Shown: positions 56,601 through 63,963, counted from the first letter of the stretch. The stretch is 64,000 bases of DNA from an uncultured Planctomycetia bacterium (GCA_964649665.1 CAZYPU010000001.1:16428-80427), one strand, 5' to 3'. Notes: a model not told the origin generated them from the sequence alone. Program-made: numbers and translations.

Positions 56601-59600
56601 GCCGGCCTCCCGGGAAAGGGAAACCGCCACCAAAAGCTTCCAGATAACATATCTCTGGTAGGAAGAGAGGTTGATACTGAAGGGTTGGATTTAGATAATG
56701 TTTACTCTGACGTCAAGTTTTCCAAACCCGCTAAAGCGTCCGGTATAGGTATTTTTGCAAGAAACGAAGAATTGCTGGCAAAGATTGAAGAGATGATATC
56801 CGCCGGTGTCTGGGATCGGCGTGAAGCGTTCATTGTGAAGGAACGGTTGGGACTTAATCCGGAGGGAGCCAGGCGTTCCCTGCAGGAAATTGCGCATGCC
56901 CTGCGCATTACCAGAAACAGGGTATGGCAGATTGAGACAGACGCTATCCGGAAAGCGCAATTTTGGCTGAGGAAATCCCAACACCCTGTATTGAACGCAG
57001 AAAACGATGGACCGGCGTCTGGCACTGCGTCTGAACAGACAACAGCTACCGCCTCGGCCAAGTTGGCACCGCAAAAAGAACATGGTGGCACGTCGTCAGG
57101 AAATTCTTACGGCGCCGCAATCGGCGCGGGGCTTACCGGATTAAGCTGGCAGGCGGGATTATGCTTCTTCGCGTTCCTATTCGTTTACGAGATAGCCCGG
57201 CAGGTCTGGTACGCGAGATTCTACAAGAATTTACTCGAGAGCCACTCCGGGCCTGCCCGAATAATCAATTCCTTCTTCTCAAGCTCCTTCCATTTCCCGC
57301 GGGTCATAGAAGATTTCATAAAGGACCATATCACGCAGACGCTACTTAGCGTCGTTTCAAGAATAAGATTCCAAAGCCCGATCGCCAAAGCTCGGCTGGT
57401 TGATGGTTCAGTGGCACAGTTTCTTCAGATGCCGGTTGTATTTATGAGCACGGATTCAGGCGGCGAGGCTATAAAACGACCCGCCACCCTGCCTGTGAGG
57501 GTAAAAGAATTTTCTCAGTTGGATTCGATGCCGCTACACGGCTCGATAATGGAGTTGCCGATTTCCAGTAGAATTAAAAAAAGGTTGGCACGTGGAGGCG
57601 TCAAAACTATCGATGAACTTAAAAACATGACGCTCGACAAAATTCGTCAAATTTACGGGATTGGCGAAAAATCCATGACTATTATAAAAGCTATAAAGGA
57701 TAGGCTTGATGAATTGGCTGATATAGAGATGATGAAAAAAGAGCAATTAGCTAAGGAAGAGAAAAAGGCAGAAAATAAAAGGCGGCGGGAAAGACTAAAA
57801 TATATACGTGACGAGTTAGGCGTTAGCAGACTAAAATTCATTTCACTATTAAATGCCGCTGGGGCCGCATCCACGATAGAGATGTTGGGATATCTAAGAG
57901 GGTTAACCATTATCCCGGATCGGGTTATCGATAGTGCGGAGAATTTATTGCGACACGAGCGCGAAATAGCAAGAACAAGAGCGGTTCAGCTAGAAGCAAA
58001 AAGACAATTGGTTTCCTGCATTACGGCGTTTGAACAATTAAAAGAAAAACTTAAGACAGCAGATTTTGATGAGAGGAGGAGCGAACTTACGATTGCGCAA
58101 ATCTGGGTTGAGCCGGATTACCATACAAAGGAAATAGGCATTCACGGTTTTATGGATACAATCGCTGATAAAATAATCGCTCTAGATATTAAACCTCAAA
58201 ACCACAAGGCATTAAGGGCGCTTTTTGAATTAAGTGTAAGATATTTCAGCGGCAATATCAATGTTTTTAGAACCGTTTTGGCAAATATAAATAATGTAGA
58301 AGAACTGATAGAATTCCCTGCTTATATTGGATCCAACGGATTTAATCGCGAAAGCATAGATGAAGAAATGCGGCGTTTCCGAGAATGGCTACGTTCTAGA
58401 AGGGCAATACTTCCTTTCGAAACGGGCACATTTTCGTGTCCTTCTTGGTGGCCGTATGTGCCGAATGAGCTGGCTCCCGTCACAAGTGTCGGCAGGAGAA
58501 AATATTCCAAGGACGAAAGAGTTTCCGTAGGATATGGAGGATTTTTTGAAGGGTATTTAGATTTTATTATTGTCGGCGATACAATGCGAATTGGCGAGAT
58601 TCACGGTAAAATAGAAATGCACAGATTAATCCCAGAGGTTCGAAAGAAAGTAAGCGGCTGGGAAAAGTTGGCGCTAGAAGAAGCCATTAAAGAGGCCGGG
58701 CGGCGAGGGGTCAAGACGATTTTGTTCTCCCCTCCATTCGCGCAATACAGAGCGCTTAGCCAATGGAATACGTCTAACCCCGATTCGGATATAGCTTACA
58801 GGATTTATAGTAACCTGCCTTTTGATTCAGGGTTTAGATTAAAGATTAGAGAAAAAATCGTTTTTAGCGAAAATTTCCGCAATCAATTATTCTCTCATCT
58901 TGTATGGCAAAGAGACGCCGCCCCGGCCGCAGTCGCGGCCGAGCCGCCGGCGCCTCTGGCATCGGCCGGAGCCGCGGGCGAAACCCAAACACCCGCCGCG
59001 CGGAGGATAGTCGATACTATAAATGGTTATGAAGAAATCTTCCCGGGAGGCAACGCAGTCGGCCGTTATATAGATCCTGAAGGTAATCCGAGGAATTGCA
59101 CACTAAGCAGGGCGTGTTATGACAATGACTTCTGCAGAATACTGGCGGCGGATATCGGCAATGGCAACGCCGGAAAGAAAGCCCTCTCCATAGGCGCGGG
59201 CTCGGGTGTGCTTGAGAGTCGGCTAAACGAGGCCCATGGCCTTGAAGTTACATGTATAGATATAATCTCGAAATTCATGCCGTGGGATATGCGGGGGTCC
59301 ATGGCGTTTACTCTTGCCGACGGTGAGCATCTTCCGTTTGCGGACAATAGCTTCGATATTGTCATCTTATCGGAAAGCATAGGGCATATGAAACTTGATA
59401 TCGCCCTGGCTGAAGCGTTCAGGGTCTTGAAGCCGGGAGGAGTGATTCATATACTGACGCCTGATCCTGCGAACAAACTGTCCTGCGATCCCAGTTTGTT
59501 CGCGGCGCTAAAATATTCTCCCTATGATATCGCTCAAATTATACATGGATTGAAGAATTCAGGTTTTGAAAATGGTGAAAGAATAAAAGATGACAACCGC

Positions 59601-62327
59601 TCGGCATTCCTGGGGCTTATATATGTGCGGGCCGAAAAGGCTGCGATAACCATTCCCTCCGAGCCGGCGCCGGCCACGCAGTCAGGTCACGCGACCGCCG
59701 CCGTAAAAATACGCGAACTTACAGTTGATGAGTTAGGCGGATATTCAGTTGACCTGATAGCGTTGGAAGATAAGATGCCGCCGGCTGCCAGGGAAGATTT
59801 AGTAATACTATTGGAAGAGATTAAGAGGTGCGCTTCTCAATGTCAGCATTTTGTAATTTTAGGCGCTTTTGATAACGGTCAATTGATAGGATACACGATA
59901 GGTATGTCCGTATCATGGCTTATCGACTATTTCACGAATAAAAAGATAGCCGCTCCGGCATTCATATCCAGAATAGCAAAAGACAGCAAGAATTGGTTTA
60001 TTCCCAGGATAGTAGTTTTACCGGAATACAGAAAACATGCCGTGGCTTACAGGCTCTTTCAGCAACTATCAGGTATGGCCCGAGATAGAAACGCTCAAAG
60101 GTTTTATGCTGTTCTATTGGACGAGAGATTAGCCGCGACCCTTGAGGAATTAGGCGCTAAGCGGATAAGTCGATGGTTTAGTCTGTTAACTTCCCTCAAA
60201 GGTCAAGGCGGCGTGCATCTGAAAATACCCGTAAATTTATTTTCCGCCGGCCACACAGGTAACACAGGCGGACAGAAAAAGTACCGTTCAAAAGCCGCCG
60301 ACCCGACCGCAGGCGCGGCCGAGCCGCCGGCGACGGAACCAGCGCCGGGGGCAAGTCCAAGCTCAGATTCGGAGGAGTCTATTTCGGTACATAGTGATTT
60401 TGGAAGACGACAGTTGCTCGGATTACCCGATAAAGCACGAATGCTGAAATACATCGCTGGTAACAAAGTTATTGAGTTAGGATGCGGAGGAGGTTCGGTT
60501 ACGGGATTGATAAAACAAAGGCTTCCTGATGGCCGTGTTGTAGGCATAGATTTTGAAGAAAGATTTTTAAGAAAAGCGAGAAACGATTACCCGACTTGCG
60601 AGTTTTATCATAGAAACCTTCTGGAATGGGATGACATCGATAGCTTTAAAGGGCAATTCAGCACGGTAATATTATCAAGCGCATTACACGAGATAGAAGG
60701 TGAAGACACCAGAGAGAGGGTATTAAGGACAGCATATGAACTATTGGAGAATGGCGGCGTTATAATTTTCCGTGATGGAGTGAAACCCAAAAACAAGGAA
60801 GAAGAGGTTGAAGTAATATTAAAAACCCCATATGCAAAAGAAAAGTTTGAGCTATTTGTCAAGGAATATAGACATAGAAAAATTAGGTTCATCTATACGG
60901 ATGAAACGCATACGCGTATTCGTATTACCAGTTATGATCTGCATGATCTCCTCTGTAAATATTATTTTGAGGGTGAACTTTGGAAAAGAGACATGAGTGA
61001 GTCTTTCGGACAAATGAATATGGGGGAATATCTTGATTTAATCGGCAGGTATTTTGCTATTACGCATCATGAAAAATACATAGCGCCTTACCTAAAAGAA
61101 TTGTGGGAAAAAGATTTTGAAGTAGTAAACAAAGACTATCCCGAAAGCCATACCCTTATAGTAGCGTCAAAACCGGCCGAGCCGCAAATTTCTAAGCCGG
61201 ATGGTACGAGAACCGAAATTCTGCAGGCCGCAGCCGCGGCCGAGCCGACATCGTCGAAGCCTGCCGAGGGCGGCAGAACGATATTCAAATTTTTTTCAAG
61301 TCAAAAGGAAGTAGTTGAGATATATCGGGATGGAACGCTTAAGGTGGCAATAAAAAGACCGGACAGGGACCTCCGGGATATTTTTGAAGAATGGCTTAAG
61401 AACGAACAAGACCCCAACGTGAAGGAAGCGATTAATTTAGCGCTTGCAAAATTGCCCTTTGACACCGATAGACAAGAAGGGGTCGATACAAAAGGCGCCG
61501 CCGCGGCCGAGCCGCCGGCGACGGGGGACTATAAAACGAATATGCAGGCAATTATAAAGCCCGGTGATATCTCAATCGAAGACAGCAAATTTCTTTTAAG
61601 CCGCGCTTCGGAATACCTCAAGGAGAAGCCGGTCGATATGTCGATAGACCTTTCCCTGATACCGAAGGAAGACATGGAGAGGAACATGGAAATATGGGCC
61701 TATATAATAGCACTTCATGATAAATACGGGTTTAATGCCCACTATATATTTGAAGGGAAGGATAAGAAATATAAAGCATCGGCGGAGGAAACGCTTCTCG
61801 CGAAAATAAAAGATTTATCCTTTTGGAAACGCCTTGATGTTAAGGCCATAAAGGCGCGCGTAACCGATGAATCGCGGCCGGCCGCTATGAGAATAAGCAT
61901 CATGCCGCTCAAGAAACTGGAGGCAATGCCCGTGATACCCGAAAATACTTTTCCGGTGGCCATGTCAGAAGGGCAAAACTTAGACGGCGTACCCTTGTGG
62001 GATTTTGTGGGCGCGGCGAGCCTGGGCCTCGCGCAGGCGGCTTGCGCGAAATTAATAAGGGAAAATAAAGCCGGCTATTTGGAAACCATAGAGCGTAAGT
62101 TTCTCCCGAGAATGCAGGCTATATACGAAAGGCTATTTCCAGGGAAGGAAGTAAAAGAAATAGTTACGAGGCAAACAATCCTCGAAATGGTAAACGAAGA
62201 TCCTTCCGCCGTAAGGGCGCGAATAAACCTGCTCATAGAGCTTGCCTTGCCGCCCATCGTGCGCCTGGCCCTGCGGGATCTAGACGACTACTACGCCAGT
62301 CTCCGCACCCTGCTAAGAGCCGCGTAA
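50634..62327 (+). CDS. giant modular membrane protein, 3897 aa
   Basis: N-terminal ...ISWAYP; 3 Fis-type HTH repeats (51984-52510); Ser/Thr kinase fold (about 53160-54170); HELGH; mTERF-like repeats (about 55690-55920); sigma70 region 4 (about 56810-56970); RNAP alpha-CTD (about 57540-57710); two SAM methyltransferases (about 59170-59640 and 60420-61170); GNAT; AAEPP linkers; ends TLLRAA. Confidence 0.9.
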   Translation: MLHIKRSIWVKFIAMGMACLFFLDTISWAYPVDRSEITTLAAQSMFNSILDAITKKPSERYSYRKRLEKEMVCIIEMALRALDRKNPDIDWGSHLNINAALNTMQHDGRYRKLMEVLDIPRRLEDEKGEYIEILVKTTRPSGRQKEFTIKFRGEKLDDLSDRGKIEIISAEGNTAPAPNTDIEAPKGPYGTGVKRVKVPFKEKNLEARKKKALSFIKIKSAEYCHSELWDNIWNSLVYNGGVAEIGAVLKRKINRVLRSPPVVRKKEVAMEAVKSLATSLALKENSGSVDRALMRDFRIAVLLLLDIFVPGIHEEFKKQDILDGEHFFPGIFDRLSIRGIPAAPAADMAEPQSPKPEGPAQGPKAEFMIPGAAPDMGAAALGALWPFGLVGALPRTPRRRFGEPLIDSLFNRGKRFMQPAIPPEMGGAVAEPASPKPAHGTGTSSDLKASLPSYTEETLYALEQAGGNQAKAAGILNIGLSAVSERKSRIRRVAVKINDNATLKRLLPLPSYTEETLEALKKVGGNQVKAARVLSIIQQTVSQRIIAIRRAAARIGDKATLERLAKALLSLPAYTEATLEALEQSQGKQKEAAGILKISQATVSRRISAIRSIATRIDDKTTLERFNEVLKVSKGAAPGDSVSSRGRQGAAIGAGLTTLSWQAGLCFFAFLFVYEIARQVWYARFYKNLLDSHPKATRIINSFFSSSFHFPRVIEDFIKNHITQPLLNIFSRIRFQSPIVQVRLAGIGRTITVFRMPVELMMSEKSPQKPPGHALGELPASTAVPSEPLGAPEGAHSQPDKLEQVRILLRTLIQKINLFFFGIFSQKKQSREVGLEDLVFERAVIIGEGSFSRVFRVPHKDNGVDYALKLYCKAPPGYSLKSAVELIDYQMRIAREYPQLIKSGIMPKYFTKGSCYFDGDRLSLAPISEKAYPCLLMEYIKGDDLSSLSDLDYHVGTKLVRDALAEGQDQYIIAALYNILRDKLDEAYSIAQAVNACHSAEPHGTFPGGLLIKELKPTNIKVRPDKTVCLVDLESAVPLNYDWVRNPSGVPPVARLVMTSAFSEDKNAFKDKSKAGLILLGQKLDVPWDIYSFGVVLSRMLHEYNITLDDAAEIKEAAVQTDTMRRFLERAEFAKGQFKRSIAGMKEIIKKCTIKDRTKRYRDMGEVIEALKDCIGVVDKEFRGKIPAELPSQEPRGTTSQESIEPKAAAAEPPAPRVAPKATEPLPETAGTNSGPDSKSPLSPSMLPGGEEQPYKPGQYVYEHPYKWFLISAAGLSANLLAAALCLVPAILISSSINLSTPPLIALGGALLYCAGALNAIIFAVNILEAGMAFIRGDVVVKDIPSETDKIKKYLYTASIPHELGHYLMARLFGLNVKFSTIGVDCKDIDVFEVTDYTNMRYAINMMKERGLFPFSSSQPGKFNRVKIGGSNEFVFNVTEKDRYLLEQMVRAWASEKSLDAGIEVTMDNRLINVYKGHDQYAILSYSVGMGENSEIEITIYNQRVEYPYKSQGLMALLQTYIFYLSKSDKVTYWNIEGTDGKVFAKTMEDKGILTDVKYKKTSRLEDHTEVRYAEASINKNVVAQRAKDYPFAAEPPSPQGPKAEFMVPGAALDTGAAALGALWPLGLVGALPRTLRRRFGEPFMDSIFNRGRCFMQPAIPPEMGGSATECEAPKPVNISAEKKEAFFNELGIGEEALAAAILKSPTLAGLNPARVRRAWRDKLGIEKEALAAAILKWPKIAGYNVPNNIKPKLQILKMFNVGKNKIMDFLIRIVDFNSKALEFILEASKASSFEIKDIKTLIRIYRKLNKAVKAKTKVTLAGWFRERITDDINLTVKPILSDIITELQSEETVDEDLWAMIKEAKAIFERQEENAVARGEREEPRKFSPIALFRIDSALYYRARRIGMLRRLHYIKPRLGLRKEDTGRLIQEIMKAEEEFDRREERDVRRGFRDSARPWIRRRLWEINPYLYDFLHNHRPDLLKTCVPAGLPGKGNRHQKLPDNISLVGREVDTEGLDLDNVYSDVKFSKPAKASGIGIFARNEELLAKIEEMISAGVWDRREAFIVKERLGLNPEGARRSLQEIAHALRITRNRVWQIETDAIRKAQFWLRKSQHPVLNAENDGPASGTASEQTTATASAKLAPQKEHGGTSSGNSYGAAIGAGLTGLSWQAGLCFFAFLFVYEIARQVWYARFYKNLLESHSGPARIINSFFSSSFHFPRVIEDFIKDHITQTLLSVVSRIRFQSPIAKARLVDGSVAQFLQMPVVFMSTDSGGEAIKRPATLPVRVKEFSQLDSMPLHGSIMELPISSRIKKRLARGGVKTIDELKNMTLDKIRQIYGIGEKSMTIIKAIKDRLDELADIEMMKKEQLAKEEKKAENKRRRERLKYIRDELGVSRLKFISLLNAAGAASTIEMLGYLRGLTIIPDRVIDSAENLLRHEREIARTRAVQLEAKRQLVSCITAFEQLKEKLKTADFDERRSELTIAQIWVEPDYHTKEIGIHGFMDTIADKIIALDIKPQNHKALRALFELSVRYFSGNINVFRTVLANINNVEELIEFPAYIGSNGFNRESIDEEMRRFREWLRSRRAILPFETGTFSCPSWWPYVPNELAPVTSVGRRKYSKDERVSVGYGGFFEGYLDFIIVGDTMRIGEIHGKIEMHRLIPEVRKKVSGWEKLALEEAIKEAGRRGVKTILFSPPFAQYRALSQWNTSNPDSDIAYRIYSNLPFDSGFRLKIREKIVFSENFRNQLFSHLVWQRDAAPAAVAAEPPAPLASAGAAGETQTPAARRIVDTINGYEEIFPGGNAVGRYIDPEGNPRNCTLSRACYDNDFCRILAADIGNGNAGKKALSIGAGSGVLESRLNEAHGLEVTCIDIISKFMPWDMRGSMAFTLADGEHLPFADNSFDIVILSESIGHMKLDIALAEAFRVLKPGGVIHILTPDPANKLSCDPSLFAALKYSPYDIAQIIHGLKNSGFENGERIKDDNRSAFLGLIYVRAEKAAITIPSEPAPATQSGHATAAVKIRELTVDELGGYSVDLIALEDKMPPAAREDLVILLEEIKRCASQCQHFVILGAFDNGQLIGYTIGMSVSWLIDYFTNKKIAAPAFISRIAKDSKNWFIPRIVVLPEYRKHAVAYRLFQQLSGMARDRNAQRFYAVLLDERLAATLEELGAKRISRWFSLLTSLKGQGGVHLKIPVNLFSAGHTGNTGGQKKYRSKAADPTAGAAEPPATEPAPGASPSSDSEESISVHSDFGRRQLLGLPDKARMLKYIAGNKVIELGCGGGSVTGLIKQRLPDGRVVGIDFEERFLRKARNDYPTCEFYHRNLLEWDDIDSFKGQFSTVILSSALHEIEGEDTRERVLRTAYELLENGGVIIFRDGVKPKNKEEEVEVILKTPYAKEKFELFVKEYRHRKIRFIYTDETHTRIRITSYDLHDLLCKYYFEGELWKRDMSESFGQMNMGEYLDLIGRYFAITHHEKYIAPYLKELWEKDFEVVNKDYPESHTLIVASKPAEPQISKPDGTRTEILQAAAAAEPTSSKPAEGGRTIFKFFSSQKEVVEIYRDGTLKVAIKRPDRDLRDIFEEWLKNEQDPNVKEAINLALAKLPFDTDRQEGVDTKGAAAAEPPATGDYKTNMQAIIKPGDISIEDSKFLLSRASEYLKEKPVDMSIDLSLIPKEDMERNMEIWAYIIALHDKYGFNAHYIFEGKDKKYKASAEETLLAKIKDLSFWKRLDVKAIKARVTDESRPAAMRISIMPLKKLEAMPVIPENTFPVAMSEGQNLDGVPLWDFVGAASLGLAQAACAKLIRENKAGYLETIERKFLPRMQAIYERLFPGKEVKEIVTRQTILEMVNEDPSAVRARINLLIELALPPIVRLALRDLDDYYASLRTLLRAA
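51712..51914 (+). repeat. intragenic repeat A, copy 1 (copy 2 at 55429-55631)
   Basis: About 203-bp near-identical in-frame duplication (QGPKAEFM...PPEMGG). Confidence 0.95.
52578..52851 (+). repeat. intragenic repeat B, copy 1 (copy 2 at 57111-57384)
   Basis: 274-bp near-identical in-frame duplication encoding a TM segment (GAAIGAGLT...RIRFQSPI). Confidence 0.95.
55429..55631 (+). repeat. intragenic repeat A, copy 2
   Basis: Offset 3717 from copy 1. Confidence 0.95.
57111..57384 (+). repeat. intragenic repeat B, copy 2
   Basis: Offset 4533 from copy 1. Confidence 0.95.
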
Positions 62328-62380
62328 TCATTAAGTGATAAAGAAACTGTGTCCGACCGCGTAAGTCGGACCTACGCGGT

Positions 62381-62540
62381 GATAATGTAAAATATTGTGG
62401 GCACTTTCAACATGTCATTGCGAGGTCTGCGAAGCAGACCGAAGCAATCTCTTCGTTTGAGATTGCTTCGGCCGCAAACGAAGAACAGGGCGGCCTCGCA
62501 ATGACGGAGAAGCAAAGCGCCCAATTATCTTGACACTACT
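62381..62540. mobile_element. 160-bp IS256-like MITE with perfect 8-bp target-site duplication
   Basis: Imperfect TIRs GATAATGTAAAATATTGTGGGCACTTT / AAAGCGCCCAATTATCTTGACACTACT; TACGCGGT at 62373-62380 and 62541-62548; internal palindrome 62414-62505. Confidence 0.85.
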
Positions 62541-62555
62541 TACGCGGTCGAATTC

Positions 62556-62585
62556 TTGGAAATTCGGGCCCGCTTGTGGTATAAT
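62556..62585 (+). promoter_or_regulatory. folC promoter (extended -10)
   Basis: TTGGAA -18 bp- TATAAT preceded by TG; ATG 62596 10 nt downstream, no SD. Confidence 0.55.
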
Positions 62586-62595
62586 TAAATTTCTT

Positions 62596-63963
62596 ATGGA
62601 CCAAAAAGAGGCGCTTCAATATCTGGATTCGTTCGTAAACTACGAGAAAATCGGCTACAGGGAACAGGGCTTATTTGAGCTCGGAAGGATGCGCCGCCTG
62701 GCCGGGCTTTTCGGCGATCCGCAGGATTCTTTTCCCGTAATTCACATCGCGGGCACAAAGGGCAAGGGCTCTATAGCGGCCTTTACCTCGAGCATGCTTA
62801 AATCCGCGAACTTCAAAACGGGCCTTTATACGTCACCGCATCTTATTGACTTTCGAGAAAGGGTGAAATTCAATGACGAGATGATACCGGAGGCGGATTT
62901 TGCTTTTCACGCGAACATGATAAAGGATAAGCTCGAAGTAGAGAATTTAGGGTTTTCACCGACATTTTTTGAGATTTTCACGATTCTCGCCTTTAATTAC
63001 TTCAAGGCGAAAAAAATAGACATAGGGGTAATAGAAGCGGGCCTTGGCGGGCGATTGGACGCGACGAATATCGTAAACCCGGCAGTTTCCGTCATATCCC
63101 CCATAAGCTACGACCACACAGAGGTCCTGGGCGAAAGCCTGGAGAAAATAGCCGCGGAGAAAAGCGATATTATAAAAAAAGGGTGCGTCTGCATCAGCGC
63201 GCCGCAGGACGAAAAGGTTTTAGAAATAATACGGGAGAAATGCGATTCGCTCGGTGTTAAACTTATCCAGGCGGGGAGGGATATAGGCGTTGGGGAAATC
63301 TCTTACACCGACGACAAAGAGGTATTCGACATTCGGGGCACGTTCGGAGAATATAAAGCTTGCGAAAGCCGCCTTATAGGCAGGCATCAGCTCATGAACG
63401 CCGCCTCGGCCGTCGCTGCAATCGAAAGCTTGTCAGCCGACGCAGCTGATTGGGGTCGGCTAACATCAGCCGACCCCAATCAGCTGCGTCGGCTGACAAA
63501 GGGTCGGCTGACGCGCAACATAAAGAAAGGGCTGGAGAAAACACGGAATCCGGCAAGGTGCGAGGTAATAGCAAGGAACCCTTATATCATCTTCGACGGC
63601 GCACAGAATAGGGCGAGCGCGAACGCCCTAAAAGAAACGATTAAAAGAAATTTTAACCATAAACGGCTTATTTTAATATTGGGTATTTCGAAGGAAAAGG
63701 ACATAAAAGGCGTATGCGAAGAACTTGCGCCCCTGGCCGATCATGTTATTTTAACAAAGGCGATGATAGAACGCGCTGAAGAGCCGCGCTCTATCGCGCG
63801 CTTTGTAGCGGGAAAAAACGTGATTTTAACAAATTCCGTAAGCGAAGCGATGGAAAAAGCGCGTTCTTTGGCGGGAGAGGGCGACATGATATTGATTGCG
63901 GGATCTTTTTATGTGGCGGGTGAGGCATGGAAGACACAATCGTTGCTATATCAACACCGGTAG
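62596..63963 (+). CDS. folC: folylpolyglutamate synthase / dihydrofolate synthase
   Basis: IHIAGTKGKGS, GLYTSPHL..FRER, EAGLGGRLDATN, DGAQN, GSFYVAGE. Confidence 0.93.
   Translation: MDQKEALQYLDSFVNYEKIGYREQGLFELGRMRRLAGLFGDPQDSFPVIHIAGTKGKGSIAAFTSSMLKSANFKTGLYTSPHLIDFRERVKFNDEMIPEADFAFHANMIKDKLEVENLGFSPTFFEIFTILAFNYFKAKKIDIGVIEAGLGGRLDATNIVNPAVSVISPISYDHTEVLGESLEKIAAEKSDIIKKGCVCISAPQDEKVLEIIREKCDSLGVKLIQAGRDIGVGEISYTDDKEVFDIRGTFGEYKACESRLIGRHQLMNAASAVAAIESLSADAADWGRLTSADPNQLRRLTKGRLTRNIKKGLEKTRNPARCEVIARNPYIIFDGAQNRASANALKETIKRNFNHKRLILILGISKEKDIKGVCEELAPLADHVILTKAMIERAEEPRSIARFVAGKNVILTNSVSEAMEKARSLAGEGDMILIAGSFYVAGEAWKTQSLLYQHR
63430..63499. repeat. perfect hairpin (32-bp stem, 6-nt loop) inside folC
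   Basis: TTGTCAGCCGACGCAGCTGATTGGGGTCGGCT-aacatc-AGCCGACCCCAATCAGCTGCGTCGGCTGACAA. Confidence 0.95.

Noticed and set aside
51712-57384. Repeats A and B as DGR template/variable regions
   Set aside because: Mismatches are not confined to adenines, both copies are coding in one ORF, and no reverse transcriptase is present.
51657-61520. AAEPP repeats as CRISPR repeats or integron attC sites
   Set aside because: They are in-frame coding, irregularly spaced by up to several kb, lack RYYYAAC/GTTRRRY ends, and no integrase or cas gene is in the window.
37682-62327. Giant ORFs as NRPS/PKS, RTX/Rhs toxins or prophage genes
   Set aside because: No condensation, KS, RTX, YD or phage structural motifs were seen.
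62530-62595. TTG 62530 as folC start, or MITE TTGACA as a hybrid promoter
   Set aside because: The TTG lies inside the MITE end, FolC-like sequence begins at ATG 62596, and no -10 lies 16-18 bp after this TTGACA.
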